DNA from: a virus
Direction: 5' to 3' (one strand)
Length of the DNA: 48,561 bases
UHGV virus genome: UHGV-0105325
Part shown: piece after piece, positions 34,389 through 42,908 of the stretch
Numbering within the stretch: position 1 is the first letter of the stretch
Layout: every line of letters begins with the position of its first letter
The notes under the pieces: generated by a model
The model's database searches: none
The model's input: the letters and a program-made list of their open reading frames with translations, nothing else
Told to the model about the DNA's origin: nothing
Position numbers and translations under genes: made by a program

Positions 34389-34967
34389 TTATCTCCCACA
34401 GTTGCGACATTTGCCATTTGCTACATAGCGTTCTGCAATAATATTACAGTGCTTGCAAGGCTCATACGGAGTGTACCAACGTTTACCGTCAGCGATGGCC
34501 TGCTGGCGCGGTGATTTGATTTTAATGACCCCAACGTGGATTCCTGATTCACTCAGTAACAGGGCGTTTTTCATCGTCTGTAACTGCTCATTCAAAACGG
34601 AAATATTATGCTCAATCATTGCGATGTTCTCACGCAGTGCGTCAACCTCACCAGCAGTGTTAACAATGGCTGGTTTTGGTTTTTTCCATTCCCCCGTCAT
34701 GCGTTGTTCGGTTAAGCAGAAAACACATTTACCAGCAGTGTTACGGACGCCCGGATGTCCACATTCGCTGTTCGGTTTCTTCTGTACCCTCCATGAGCGG
34801 CCATCGCTAAGACCGTCGAGAACTTTCTGATAGAGTTCGTTGCGTGCAGGAAGACCCATGTTTTTCGCTTTCACAAAATCATGGTGGTCATGAAGTGCAC
34901 AAATACTACACAATCCTGTTTCTTTAAATTTTGTAGTGCCGTGACAATTATCTCTGAGGTGAATCAT
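34389..34967 (-). CDS. nuclease-less zinc-ribbon protein (3 Cys4 ribbons separated by a coiled coil)
   Basis: AGGAGAGA RBS. Ribbons CHG..GLCSIC, CGHPG..GKCVFC and CKHC..GKCRNC resemble the repeat unit of ORFs 3444-4892 and 41425-42228. Own TTGACC-18-TATAGT promoter at ~34995-35026. Confidence 0.6.
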   Translation of the reverse strand: MIHLRDNCHGTTKFKETGLCSICALHDHHDFVKAKNMGLPARNELYQKVLDGLSDGRSWRVQKKPNSECGHPGVRNTAGKCVFCLTEQRMTGEWKKPKPAIVNTAGEVDALRENIAMIEHNISVLNEQLQTMKNALLLSESGIHVGVIKIKSPRQQAIADGKRWYTPYEPCKHCNIIAERYVANGKCRNCGR

Positions 34968-35063
34968 GTTTCTCTCCTTTTGTAGAGTATATACTATAAA
35001 ACAATAGAGAATTACGGGTCAATACCTCATTTTACCCCGAAATACCCGAGGTATGGGGGTGGC

Positions 35064-35317
35064 GAATTTACTTTCACAATCATAGGCTTACGCGCATAAC
35101 CGAAAACCCCGTACATTCTTCCCTTCTTCCCTCTTATAAACTATATAAACTATACATTATGTATTATACTACATTTATACTATATATTATATACTCTCTC
35201 TTACTACTAATTACTATTTTATAAGGGTATAAGGGTAATAAGTAGTATAGTACTGAAAGGTAAAGAGTTTTTGATACCCCGTTGACTACCCCGAACGAGT
35301 TTTAACGGGGTATGTGG
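35064..35317. repeat. Copy 2 of the ~255-bp AT-rich duplicated regulatory block, upstream of the terminase/head operon
   Basis: About 93% identical to 98-353, including the hairpin ACCCCGAACGAGTTTtAACGGGGT. Confidence 0.85.
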
Positions 35318-35376
35318 CAATGACGGTACAGTCATGGTAAAATCGTGGCATTAGAGACAATAGCGTGGGGGCCAAC

Positions 35377-35835
35377 ATGGCAAGGGCTAAACTTAACGAA
35401 CATGGTGTGACAGAGCAGCAGGAGAAGTTTGCTCAGGCGTTTGTGGAAACGGGCAATGCATCCGAGTCATATCGCCGCTCGTATAACACTTCCCGTATGG
35501 CCGTGAACACCATCGCTAAACGTGCATCTGAAATGCTGGATAACGGGGCAGTTGCGGGGAGAATTGCCTCTCTCCGTCAAGTCCATACCAAACGCCACAA
35601 CGTAACAGTCGATTCACTCGTTGCAGAACTGGAAGAAATTAAAAACGTTGCGCTGTCCGCCGAGACGCCGCAATCATCCGCAGCTGTGGCGGCAGTGCTC
35701 GGTAAAGCGAAACTGATGGGACTGGATAAGCAGCTGGTTCAGTTGTCCGGCGGTCTGGATAATACGAATACAAATATCAACATTACCGCCGAAGATGTGA
35801 AAGTATTTAAAAAGGCGTTCAACGATGAATTTTGA
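35377..35835 (+). CDS. terminase small subunit
   Basis: ATG with GTGGGGG RBS (the track start is GTG). Small basic/helical protein directly upstream of the large terminase. Confidence 0.55.
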   Translation: MARAKLNEHGVTEQQEKFAQAFVETGNASESYRRSYNTSRMAVNTIAKRASEMLDNGAVAGRIASLRQVHTKRHNVTVDSLVAELEEIKNVALSAETPQSSAAVAAVLGKAKLMGLDKQLVQLSGGLDNTNTNINITAEDVKVFKKAFNDEF

Positions 35836-37273
35836 TTCCCCAAAAGAATTAAAATTACTGCGCCTCGCACTTGAGGAAGATTTCACTTTATTCGCTCGTT
35901 TCTTCTTCAAAGTTTTAAAAGGGACTAAATTTGTATTCAGTGACCACCATCATGTAATTTGTGATGCGTTGATGGATGTATTTTACGGTCGCACCACTCA
36001 TCTAATAATTAACATGCCGCCACGTTATTCAAAAACTGAACTGGCTGTTAAATTATTTTCCGCGTGGTGCTACGTTAAAAATCCCAAGTGTGAATTCATT
36101 CACCTGTCCTACGCCGATATTCTGGCACTGGATAACTCCGAATCAATCAAATCAGTTTTGAAGTCCGAAGAGTTTCAAAAACTGTGGCCCCATGTGACCA
36201 TCAAGGCGAACAAGGATTCGAAGAAAGCGTGGGGTACTGACCAGGGTGGCGTGTTCTATGCGACGGCTGCGGGCGGTCCTATCACTGGTTTCGGTGCCGG
36301 TAAACTGGACGACTTTGAGAACGGTAACGGATTTGGCGGTGCGATTATCATCGATGACCCGTTAAAACCGGATGATGCGTATTCTGACCCAAAACGTAAC
36401 GGTGTTAACCGTCGCTGGGATGAAACCATCAAATCACGTTTTAACTCCACGAAGACACCATGTATCGTCATCATGCAGCGTCTTCACGAAGAGGACTTCT
36501 GCGGCACACTGCTGAAGGACGAGGAGTATAATTTCCGTCACCTGATACTCCCTGCAATTGTCGACGAAGGTTTACCGACGGAGCGTGCATTGTGGCCCCA
36601 GAAACACTCTCTGGAAGCCCTCAAAGCGATGCAGAAGAAAAACTCATACATGTTCTCCGGTCAGATGCAGCAGCGCCCCTCACCGCTCGGAGGGGGAATT
36701 CTGAAGGGGTCATGGTTCGGACGTTACACCGTTGTACCGAAGTTGAAATACAAAGCAGTGTTCATCGATACGGCACAGAAAGCCAAAGAGCATAACGACT
36801 ATCAGGTTGCTGAACTGTGGGGACTCGGTGAGGATGGATATCTGTATCTCCTCGACATCATGCGCGACAAGTTTGAAGCGTATGAGCTTGAGGTAAAAAT
36901 CCCTGACTTCTGGAACAAACACCGCAACGACAAAAACGGTCGCTTGCGTTACATGGCCGTTGAAGATAAATCATCCGGTACAGAACTTATCCAGAAGATT
37001 CGCCGCAAAATTAAACCCGTGATACCCGTGCGGGAGATACCACGTGGACCGGCGGCAAATAAATTAACCCGCGTGATGGATGTACAGGGTTACATTGAGT
37101 CAGGATATGTTAAGATACCCGAAGATGCCCCATGGGTTCATGACTTCGTTACGGAGTGTGAAGCGTTTACCGCTGATGACACACACGCTCATGATGACCA
37201 GATTGACCCAATGTGTGATGCAATTAGTCAAATGCTCCACAATGGCAAAGCAACCGTTTCGGAGATTTTATAA
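35825..37273 (+). CDS. terminase large subunit
   Basis: 482 aa. P-loop-like PRYSKTE, acidic nuclease-like C-terminal half. Followed by the portal gene. Confidence 0.6.
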   Translation: MNFDSPKELKLLRLALEEDFTLFARFFFKVLKGTKFVFSDHHHVICDALMDVFYGRTTHLIINMPPRYSKTELAVKLFSAWCYVKNPKCEFIHLSYADILALDNSESIKSVLKSEEFQKLWPHVTIKANKDSKKAWGTDQGGVFYATAAGGPITGFGAGKLDDFENGNGFGGAIIIDDPLKPDDAYSDPKRNGVNRRWDETIKSRFNSTKTPCIVIMQRLHEEDFCGTLLKDEEYNFRHLILPAIVDEGLPTERALWPQKHSLEALKAMQKKNSYMFSGQMQQRPSPLGGGILKGSWFGRYTVVPKLKYKAVFIDTAQKAKEHNDYQVAELWGLGEDGYLYLLDIMRDKFEAYELEVKIPDFWNKHRNDKNGRLRYMAVEDKSSGTELIQKIRRKIKPVIPVREIPRGPAANKLTRVMDVQGYIESGYVKIPEDAPWVHDFVTECEAFTADDTHAHDDQIDPMCDAISQMLHNGKATVSEIL

Positions 37274-37275
37274 AC

Positions 37276-38670
37276 ATGGCTAAGGCTGCTAAAACAAACC
37301 TTCACACCACCGACGGGCTGGTAAACGTCGTGTCTGGTCTCGGAACGTGGAAAGCGAAACGCTCTCACAACATGTTCCAGTATGCTGCACTGTCCAACTG
37401 GCAACAACTTGACGCAGCTTACCAGACTAACTGGCTCGCCCGTCAGATTGTGGAAATACCCGCCGAAGACATGTGCCGTGAGTGGCGCACCATCAAGTGC
37501 AAGGAAGCCGATGACATCCGTATCGAAGAAGACCGTCTGATGATACCTGCCAGCGTGCAGGAGGCCATTACATGGGCGCGTCTGTACGGCGGCGGCGGTA
37601 TTCTCATGTTGACCGGACAGGACTTGTCAAAGCCGCTCGACGTGCGCCGTATTCGTAAAGGTGATTTGAAGCGTTGCATCGTGTTTGACCGTCACGATAT
37701 GTCGCCACTCACCATGAACACCTGGGACATTCTGGCGCCTAACTACATGATGCCGGAGTATTACACCATTACCGGCGGTGGGCAGCAAATCCACTGGACC
37801 CATTTTGCGCGTTTCAGTGGCAAGCGTATTCCTCGTCGCCAGATGGTCCAGACTCAGGGATGGGGTGACAGTGAGTTACGTGTGTGTCTCGACGACATCA
37901 TGGACATGGTTGCGTCGAAGGATGGCATCGCGGAACTGATGCAGGAAGCTAACGTTGATGTGGTCAAACGTGAAGGACTGTCTGATGAGTTAGCCAGTGA
38001 CCAGGACGACGCAATTGTGTCACGTTACACCTTGTTCAGCCAGATGAAGTCACTGGTGCAGATGGCCCTGCTGGACGGTGATGAATCGTATGAACGTAAG
38101 ACGCTCGACCTGGGCGGTGTTGCACCAGTGCTTGAGACGTTCATGACGTGGATTAGTGGCGCGGCTGACATTCCTGTTACGCGCCTGTTCGGTACCTCCG
38201 CTAAGGGCATGAACGCCACTGGTGAGGGGGACATGAACAACTACAACAACTCCATACGCTCTAAACAGTTAACACAGGTTGACCCGGGGTTGCGCCAGCT
38301 TGATGAGGTGTTGGTGCGTAGTGCACTGGGTTACTGGCCTGACGACTTCAACTATGTGTGGAATCCACTCGCACAGCCTAACGAGTTGCAGATTGCCCAG
38401 GCTGCTAAAACGCGCGCTGATAAGGACATATTGTATCTCGCTGAAGGTGTCATCACCGTGTCACAGGTGCAACGCAATCTGGAAGCTGCTGAAGAGTATC
38501 AGTTCGAGGACGGTCAGATTGATGAGCAGTCAGAGACTGAGAAAGAGATGTCCACAGTGCAACGCCCGGAACCTGACGAGCAGACAACGGACGCATTCTG
38601 GATACGTTATAACGCGTATGTTGCAGATGGACTATCACACGATGAGATAATGGAAAAACTGGCCCAGTAA
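37276..38670 (+). CDS. portal protein
   Basis: 464 aa between the terminase and Mu-F-like genes, with an acidic C-terminus. Confidence 0.6.
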   Translation: MAKAAKTNLHTTDGLVNVVSGLGTWKAKRSHNMFQYAALSNWQQLDAAYQTNWLARQIVEIPAEDMCREWRTIKCKEADDIRIEEDRLMIPASVQEAITWARLYGGGGILMLTGQDLSKPLDVRRIRKGDLKRCIVFDRHDMSPLTMNTWDILAPNYMMPEYYTITGGGQQIHWTHFARFSGKRIPRRQMVQTQGWGDSELRVCLDDIMDMVASKDGIAELMQEANVDVVKREGLSDELASDQDDAIVSRYTLFSQMKSLVQMALLDGDESYERKTLDLGGVAPVLETFMTWISGAADIPVTRLFGTSAKGMNATGEGDMNNYNNSIRSKQLTQVDPGLRQLDEVLVRSALGYWPDDFNYVWNPLAQPNELQIAQAAKTRADKDILYLAEGVITVSQVQRNLEAAEEYQFEDGQIDEQSETEKEMSTVQRPEPDEQTTDAFWIRYNAYVADGLSHDEIMEKLAQ

Positions 38671-38690
38671 CGGGCCAGTTTGGTTACTTC
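38665..38690 (+). terminator. hairpin ctggccc agtaa cgggccag + T-rich
   Basis: Inverted repeat overlapping the portal stop. Confidence 0.45.
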
Positions 38691-38779
38691 CACAGAAGTA
38701 TTAATGTAAGAGCAATCCCCCACCCAAGCCCAATGATGGTGCCCACAATTACACCAATTGCCGCGTCTTCCAATTTCAT
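38684..38779 (-). CDS. 31-aa single-TM micro-protein
   Basis: MKLEDAAIGVIVGTIIGLGWGIALTLILLWK. An alternative to the overlapping track ORF 38607-38936. Confidence 0.3.
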   Translation of the reverse strand: MKLEDAAIGVIVGTIIGLGWGIALTLILLWK

Positions 38780-38878
38780 TTCCGATACCCCGCATCATAC
38801 AGAATCTTAGCCGCACCAGTTGACACGCCGGCCAACCGCCACGCTTTGGTAATTCCTGACGCAATAGTTCAAGTAATG

Positions 38879-39163
38879 TCATTTTATCTCTCCTGTTGCT
38901 TTGTTGATGGCTGCGCGGGCGATTGATTGATGCCAAACCGGCAATACTTGAGAATCCAGCATCATTTGTAATGCTTCCAGTAACTCTGGCGCAGCGGCCA
39001 TTATTCGTTGGTTGGCAACTTGAACCTCAATTTCGGGGTCAAACTCAACCCAACCGACAGGAATAATCATCCCATAAGACTGGTCGTCCTCTGTTGATTT
39101 TGGACCTATTGCCCTACCGTTATCTCCAAACCACGGACCGGGTGTACCTTTAAACTGTGTCAT
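38879..39163 (-). CDS. hypothetical protein
   Basis: 94 aa. First gene after the leftward promoter at 39185-39220 (AGGAGA RBS). Confidence 0.55.
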   Translation of the reverse strand: MTQFKGTPGPWFGDNGRAIGPKSTEDDQSYGMIIPVGWVEFDPEIEVQVANQRIMAAAPELLEALQMMLDSQVLPVWHQSIARAAINKATGEIK

Positions 39164-39184
39164 CTCTCGTCTCCTGTGTTAATA

Positions 39185-39220
39185 TGTACACTCTACATCA
39201 TACTGACGGAGCCGTCAAGC
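39185..39220 (-). promoter_or_regulatory. promoter with palindrome TGACGgagcCGTCA (39204-39217); -10 TAGAGT
   Basis: Family geometry. Antisense to the head operon. Confidence 0.65.
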
Positions 39221-39985
39221 ATGTCACGACAAACAGAGCTAAATTATTATCGCCAGCTAAAACAGGTTGCCCAACTTGTTCGTGAGGATGTGGACGCCAA
39301 CATCGTACCACTGGTGAAACAGCTTGCGCCGGAGTACACCGCCGACGGCTGGAGCGATACCATCACCTCGGCGATTAACCAGTTGCTCACACGGTGGCTT
39401 GGTGCGTTTGCGCGTCGTCAGGCTGAGACCATCGCGTCACAGTTTGTACAGACTGCGGCGAAGGATAACGCCCGTTCATTTGCTATCAATCTGTACGGCG
39501 GCGATACACAGTTACAGGAATATCTCAGCGCGGCATCGTATCAGAATGCCAAACTCATTCAGTCTATTCCGACTCAGTATCTGGAGCAGGTGCAGAACAT
39601 TGTCATGACCAATATGCGTAACGGTATGCGCCCCAGTTACATTGAGGAAGCGCTCGTTAAACAATTTGGTATCACGGAACGTCGTGCTAAACTAATTGCC
39701 GCAGACCAGTATGGAAAGATACAGGGTGACATGAATCGTATTCGTCAAGTTAGTTCCGGCATTGAGTATTTCACGTGGGTAACGTCACAGGATGAGCGGG
39801 TACGTCATAGCCATGTGGAGGTCGCCAAACGTGATGTGGGGTATGGTCCGGGCGTATTTCGATGGGATGATTTACCGGTTGTCGATGGTGTGCCGACATT
39901 TCCAGGACAACCGGTGAGGTGTAGGTGTATAGCCCGCGCAACCCCGCGGGCTAAAGTGGAAAGATACATCAATTCGAAGAAATGA
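39221..39985 (+). CDS. head morphogenesis protein (Mu F / SPP1 gp7-like)
   Basis: Start set at MSRQTE, downstream of the promoter element. In the position typical after a portal gene. Confidence 0.5.
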   Translation: MSRQTELNYYRQLKQVAQLVREDVDANIVPLVKQLAPEYTADGWSDTITSAINQLLTRWLGAFARRQAETIASQFVQTAAKDNARSFAINLYGGDTQLQEYLSAASYQNAKLIQSIPTQYLEQVQNIVMTNMRNGMRPSYIEEALVKQFGITERRAKLIAADQYGKIQGDMNRIRQVSSGIEYFTWVTSQDERVRHSHVEVAKRDVGYGPGVFRWDDLPVVDGVPTFPGQPVRCRCIARATPRAKVERYINSKK

Positions 39986-40538
39986 AACGATTACTTCCAT
40001 GATTCTCACTGAATCCATAACGATTCTCAGCAGATTTACGTAAACAACATGCCTCGAAGAAATCGGGAGTAATCCCGAGATGTTTCGTCTTTCCCATTAC
40101 CCCAATTTGGGCAACGTAACGACCATTTTGACAATGTATGATTACACCCGGTATGCCCGTTGCATTGTTCTTACGTCTACGCATGTTCCGACTATTCTCC
40201 AGAGGTGTGGCGTTCCTCAAATTACACAATCTGTTGTCTGTGGGGTCACCATTCACATGATCGATTACCTCTGGTAAAACACCGTAAACATAAAGCCAAA
40301 CGATACGATGAAACATGTAGTCTTTATCGAGAAGTCGAATATATTTATAATATTTACCGTTCCAGTGATTCTTTTTGGTACTTCCAGCCTCTTTACCTGC
40401 ATAACGAGTGTTCCATTTCTTCCAGTCTCTATCGCTGGTGAACATTGAACGAGGTCGGATGTTGTGAGTGAACAAACCGGTCGTTGGGTTGTAAGTCAAA
40501 GTCAACCGTGCAAGTTCGTACAGTTCTTTCTCAGTCAT
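39969..40538 (-). CDS. HNH homing endonuclease with AP2 domain
   Basis: HNH motif VIDHVNGDPTDNRLCNLRNATPLEN plus AP2 GVIIHCQNGRYVAQIGVMGKTKHLGI. AT-rich. Confidence 0.7.
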   Translation of the reverse strand: MTEKELYELARLTLTYNPTTGLFTHNIRPRSMFTSDRDWKKWNTRYAGKEAGSTKKNHWNGKYYKYIRLLDKDYMFHRIVWLYVYGVLPEVIDHVNGDPTDNRLCNLRNATPLENSRNMRRRKNNATGIPGVIIHCQNGRYVAQIGVMGKTKHLGITPDFFEACCLRKSAENRYGFSENHGSNRFISSN

Positions 40539-40645
40539 TTACCCTTCCACGTTTCAATTAAACTTTCGATAGCCAGGAACAGTAGGTAACCAAACACCAA
40601 TGTCCCGAACCAGTTGTCGGCAATGAAGTTGAGTACATCAATCAT
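40535..40645 (-). CDS. 36-aa single-TM peptide
   Basis: MIDVLNFIADNWFGTLVFGYLLFLAIESLIETWKGK, ATGA-coupled. Confidence 0.35.
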   Translation of the reverse strand: MIDVLNFIADNWFGTLVFGYLLFLAIESLIETWKGK

Positions 40646-40830
40646 TTCCCACGTCCCCCGAACACCCGGTTTATCACTTCCCACAGTCCAGCAAATATAG
40701 CAACCGGACCAAGCGCAACAATTGCCCATGCCTGCCACTTGTATTCCAGTTCCAGAGGCAGCGTGGCGATTGTTGCCAGAATTACCCACCCTGCAAGCAG
40801 GATAATCGTTACACCTTTAATAATGCCCAT
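40642..40830 (-). CDS. 62-aa two-TM membrane protein
   Basis: Two hydrophobic helices. Confidence 0.5.
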   Translation of the reverse strand: MGIIKGVTIILLAGWVILATIATLPLELEYKWQAWAIVALGPVAIFAGLWEVINRVFGGRGK

Positions 40831-41027
40831 TAGCCCACCACCTTATTGACAAGTCGGTCCATCGCTATCCATCGCTCAGATACTGAACCGTCCTCTTTGG
40901 TCGCGGTGAATGTCACGGTATCTTCGCGGAAGTCCAGTTTGATGTCTTTGACGAGTATAACACCGTCCACATCGATAAATTTGTCATTGTTGCGGAGCAT
41001 TACCGCTTTGACGGGTTTATAGTTCAT
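40830..41027 (-). CDS. hypothetical protein
   Basis: 65 aa, ATGA-coupled. Confidence 0.5.
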   Translation of the reverse strand: MNYKPVKAVMLRNNDKFIDVDGVILVKDIKLDFREDTVTFTATKEDGSVSERWIAMDRLVNKVVG

Positions 41028-41173
41028 TTTCCATACGCCTCACGTAACACAGCGTTAGCGAGCGCCCAACCTTCATGCTTACGTGCAAGCTGTTGTGCGG
41101 CCTGTAACAGTTCTTTATCGACAATACGTGCCTCTGATACAGGACGGTTGTAGCCGGGAAGTAATGTATTCAT
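41024..41173 (-). CDS. 49-aa hypothetical protein
   Basis: First gene after the promoter at 41200-41236, with the conserved leader caacaacagagaggg. Not in the ORF track. Confidence 0.45.
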   Translation of the reverse strand: MNTLLPGYNRPVSEARIVDKELLQAAQQLARKHEGWALANAVLREAYGK

Positions 41174-41199
41174 CTCTCAAACCCTCTCTGTTGTTGATG

Positions 41200-41236
41200 A
41201 ACTGAGTATACGTCATCCTTGACGAACTCGTCAACT
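41200..41236 (-). promoter_or_regulatory. promoter with palindrome TGACGaactCGTCA (41220-41233); -10 TATACT (18-bp spacer)
   Basis: Family geometry. Confidence 0.65.
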
Positions 41237-41240
41237 TAAA

Positions 41241-41441
41241 TCACTCCTGCGGCGGCTCGGGTAATGGTTGCCAGTGGGTTACAAAGCCGCCATTTTCGCT
41301 TTCAACCCACCACCGGTCGCCATTCCACGAACAGTTCCATTGATAGTGTGATTTCCCCAGGTCATTTTGCTCTTCTACATAGCACCAGTAACGGCCGGCA
41401 TCGCCCGGCATCCGCTCACTACACTTAATCCAGTTTGCCAT
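41241..41441 (-). CDS. DUF551-like small protein
   Basis: Trp-rich; C-terminus HWQPLPEPP is typical of the DUF551 family. Confidence 0.5.
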   Translation of the reverse strand: MANWIKCSERMPGDAGRYWCYVEEQNDLGKSHYQWNCSWNGDRWWVESENGGFVTHWQPLPEPPQE

Positions 41442-42228
41442 ACAATGTCCCCACTCGTTTCAAATCTCGCTGTGCGTGACAGCTGTAATTACCATCGTCC
41501 CATTTTATACCTAAAACATTGAGCGAAAACTTCACAACGTCGTCCAATATGAACCACTCCGTACATCCGTCAAATCCCGAATAGTTGGTGGAATTTACCA
41601 CTGAATGTATCGAGTGCAACGTTTTCTCCAACAATTGTACGAACGCTCCTTCCGCGTTAAGTGTGCCAACCACATCGAAACCGAAGGGTGTTTCACGCCT
41701 TAAAACCGTCAGTCGGTCTTCAAAATTATTCGAGATACCTATCTTTATTGCATTTTCGTCAAACCGTTTCAGAATGTATAGTGTACCCGGTATGGTGCTA
41801 TCGAACCCCTTCCTAGCACATCCCGGACACCTCCTACCCATCATGAATTTGTTGTAGTTTGTGGTTTTCCATTCACCATGTAACGCGCATTTGAGGTGTA
41901 GATAGGTTCTACAACCACGCCACTGTTCCAATTTGACCAATGATGTTAAAGATTTTTCACTTTTAAGAATTCCCTTAACGTTCGAAATAACCTCATCCTG
42001 CGTTAAACGTTTAGTGCTGGAACAGGCGGGACATGTCCGACCATCGTTGATGAACTTGTTGTATGTAGTGCTAAGCCATTCACCGTGTAAATCGCAATTC
42101 ATTTTCAACTTTGTGGATACTCCGCGCCATTCCCCAACAAATCCAACGAACTTGTAAGGTGTTCCCACTGTTCTTTCTCTTAGTTTCTCAATGGCATCCT
42201 TTTCTGGTATTGGAAGTGCCATAATCAC
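41425..42228 (-). CDS. homing-endonuclease-like protein: 2 zinc-ribbon repeats + T5orf172 (GIY-YIG-like) domain
   Basis: Repeat units C.LHGEW...CPxC twice. C-terminal GTLYILKRFDENAIKIGISNNFEDRL matches the T5orf172 core. Confidence 0.6.
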   Translation of the reverse strand: MIMALPIPEKDAIEKLRERTVGTPYKFVGFVGEWRGVSTKLKMNCDLHGEWLSTTYNKFINDGRTCPACSSTKRLTQDEVISNVKGILKSEKSLTSLVKLEQWRGCRTYLHLKCALHGEWKTTNYNKFMMGRRCPGCARKGFDSTIPGTLYILKRFDENAIKIGISNNFEDRLTVLRRETPFGFDVVGTLNAEGAFVQLLEKTLHSIHSVVNSTNYSGFDGCTEWFILDDVVKFSLNVLGIKWDDGNYSCHAQRDLKRVGTLYGKLD

Positions 42229-42410
42229 TGGCCCTCGTACAGTGGTTTCAGTTGATACCCGAACATGACAGCGTTGTTATGCGCCACACTGCCCGCGCGG
42301 ACCAGATATGTCGTACCACGGTTGGTTGTCACTTCGTATGCATATGGTTTTAAAATGGTGTCGATTTTATCTAATTCAGTTTCACATTGGGCGATGAAAT
42401 CGTTACTCAT
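42225..42410 (-). CDS. hypothetical protein
   Basis: 61 aa, coupled on both sides. Confidence 0.5.
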   Translation of the reverse strand: MSNDFIAQCETELDKIDTILKPYAYEVTTNRGTTYLVRAGSVAHNNAVMFGYQLKPLYEGQ

Positions 42411-42832
42411 TACTTGTTCTCCAGTTCATTAATCAAGCGCTCGAGATACCAACGGGCCTTTTTCACATCTTCCAGACCGTTCTTCTCTTCATAGCGCCAC
42501 AGATATTTAACGACATTCGCCACACATACCGCCTCGATACCGGTTTTACCAACGGTGGCGGCCTTAATAGCATCGATACATTCGATGCTACCTTGTGTGT
42601 AGTGTGACGGATGGTTGATGTTGTCATTGGTTACCGCGGGTGCCACATTGGTGACACGTTCACGTTGTGCAATAAGTTCCTGATCGAGCCGAGCACTATA
42701 TGTCGCAATCACATCGGGCAAACATATGCCCTTGACAATGCCGTTTAACTTGTTGCGAAACAAATGGGTTACACCTTCGGACATCCGCGCAAACATCTCA
42801 GGCGTACCGAGATGGTAGACGTATTGAGCCAT
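42410..42832 (-). CDS. DUF3310-like protein
   Basis: Start at MAQYVYH with AGGAGA RBS. Contains the HPSHY...IE.ID signature. Confidence 0.5.
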   Translation of the reverse strand: MAQYVYHLGTPEMFARMSEGVTHLFRNKLNGIVKGICLPDVIATYSARLDQELIAQRERVTNVAPAVTNDNINHPSHYTQGSIECIDAIKAATVGKTGIEAVCVANVVKYLWRYEEKNGLEDVKKARWYLERLINELENK

Positions 42833-42871
42833 GTTGTATCTCCTCTGAAATATATGTATCATGTGTTTAAC

Positions 42872-42908
42872 GATTATCACTATGGCATACTCTGACGGAC
42901 TCGTCAAC
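42872..42908 (-). promoter_or_regulatory. promoter with palindrome TGACGgactCGTCA (42892-42905); -10 CATAGT
   Basis: Family geometry. Overlaps the 5' end of the rightward DUF2213-like gene. Confidence 0.6.

Noticed and set aside
38607-38936. Track ORF of 109 aa antisense to the portal 3' end
   Set aside because: Its Cys/His/Trp-rich C-terminal half overlaps the portal gene on the opposite strand by about 60 nt. Only its 5' part (from 38882, strong AGGAGA RBS) may be real, and the 31-aa TM micro-ORF 38684-38779 is an alternative reading. It is left unresolved rather than called.
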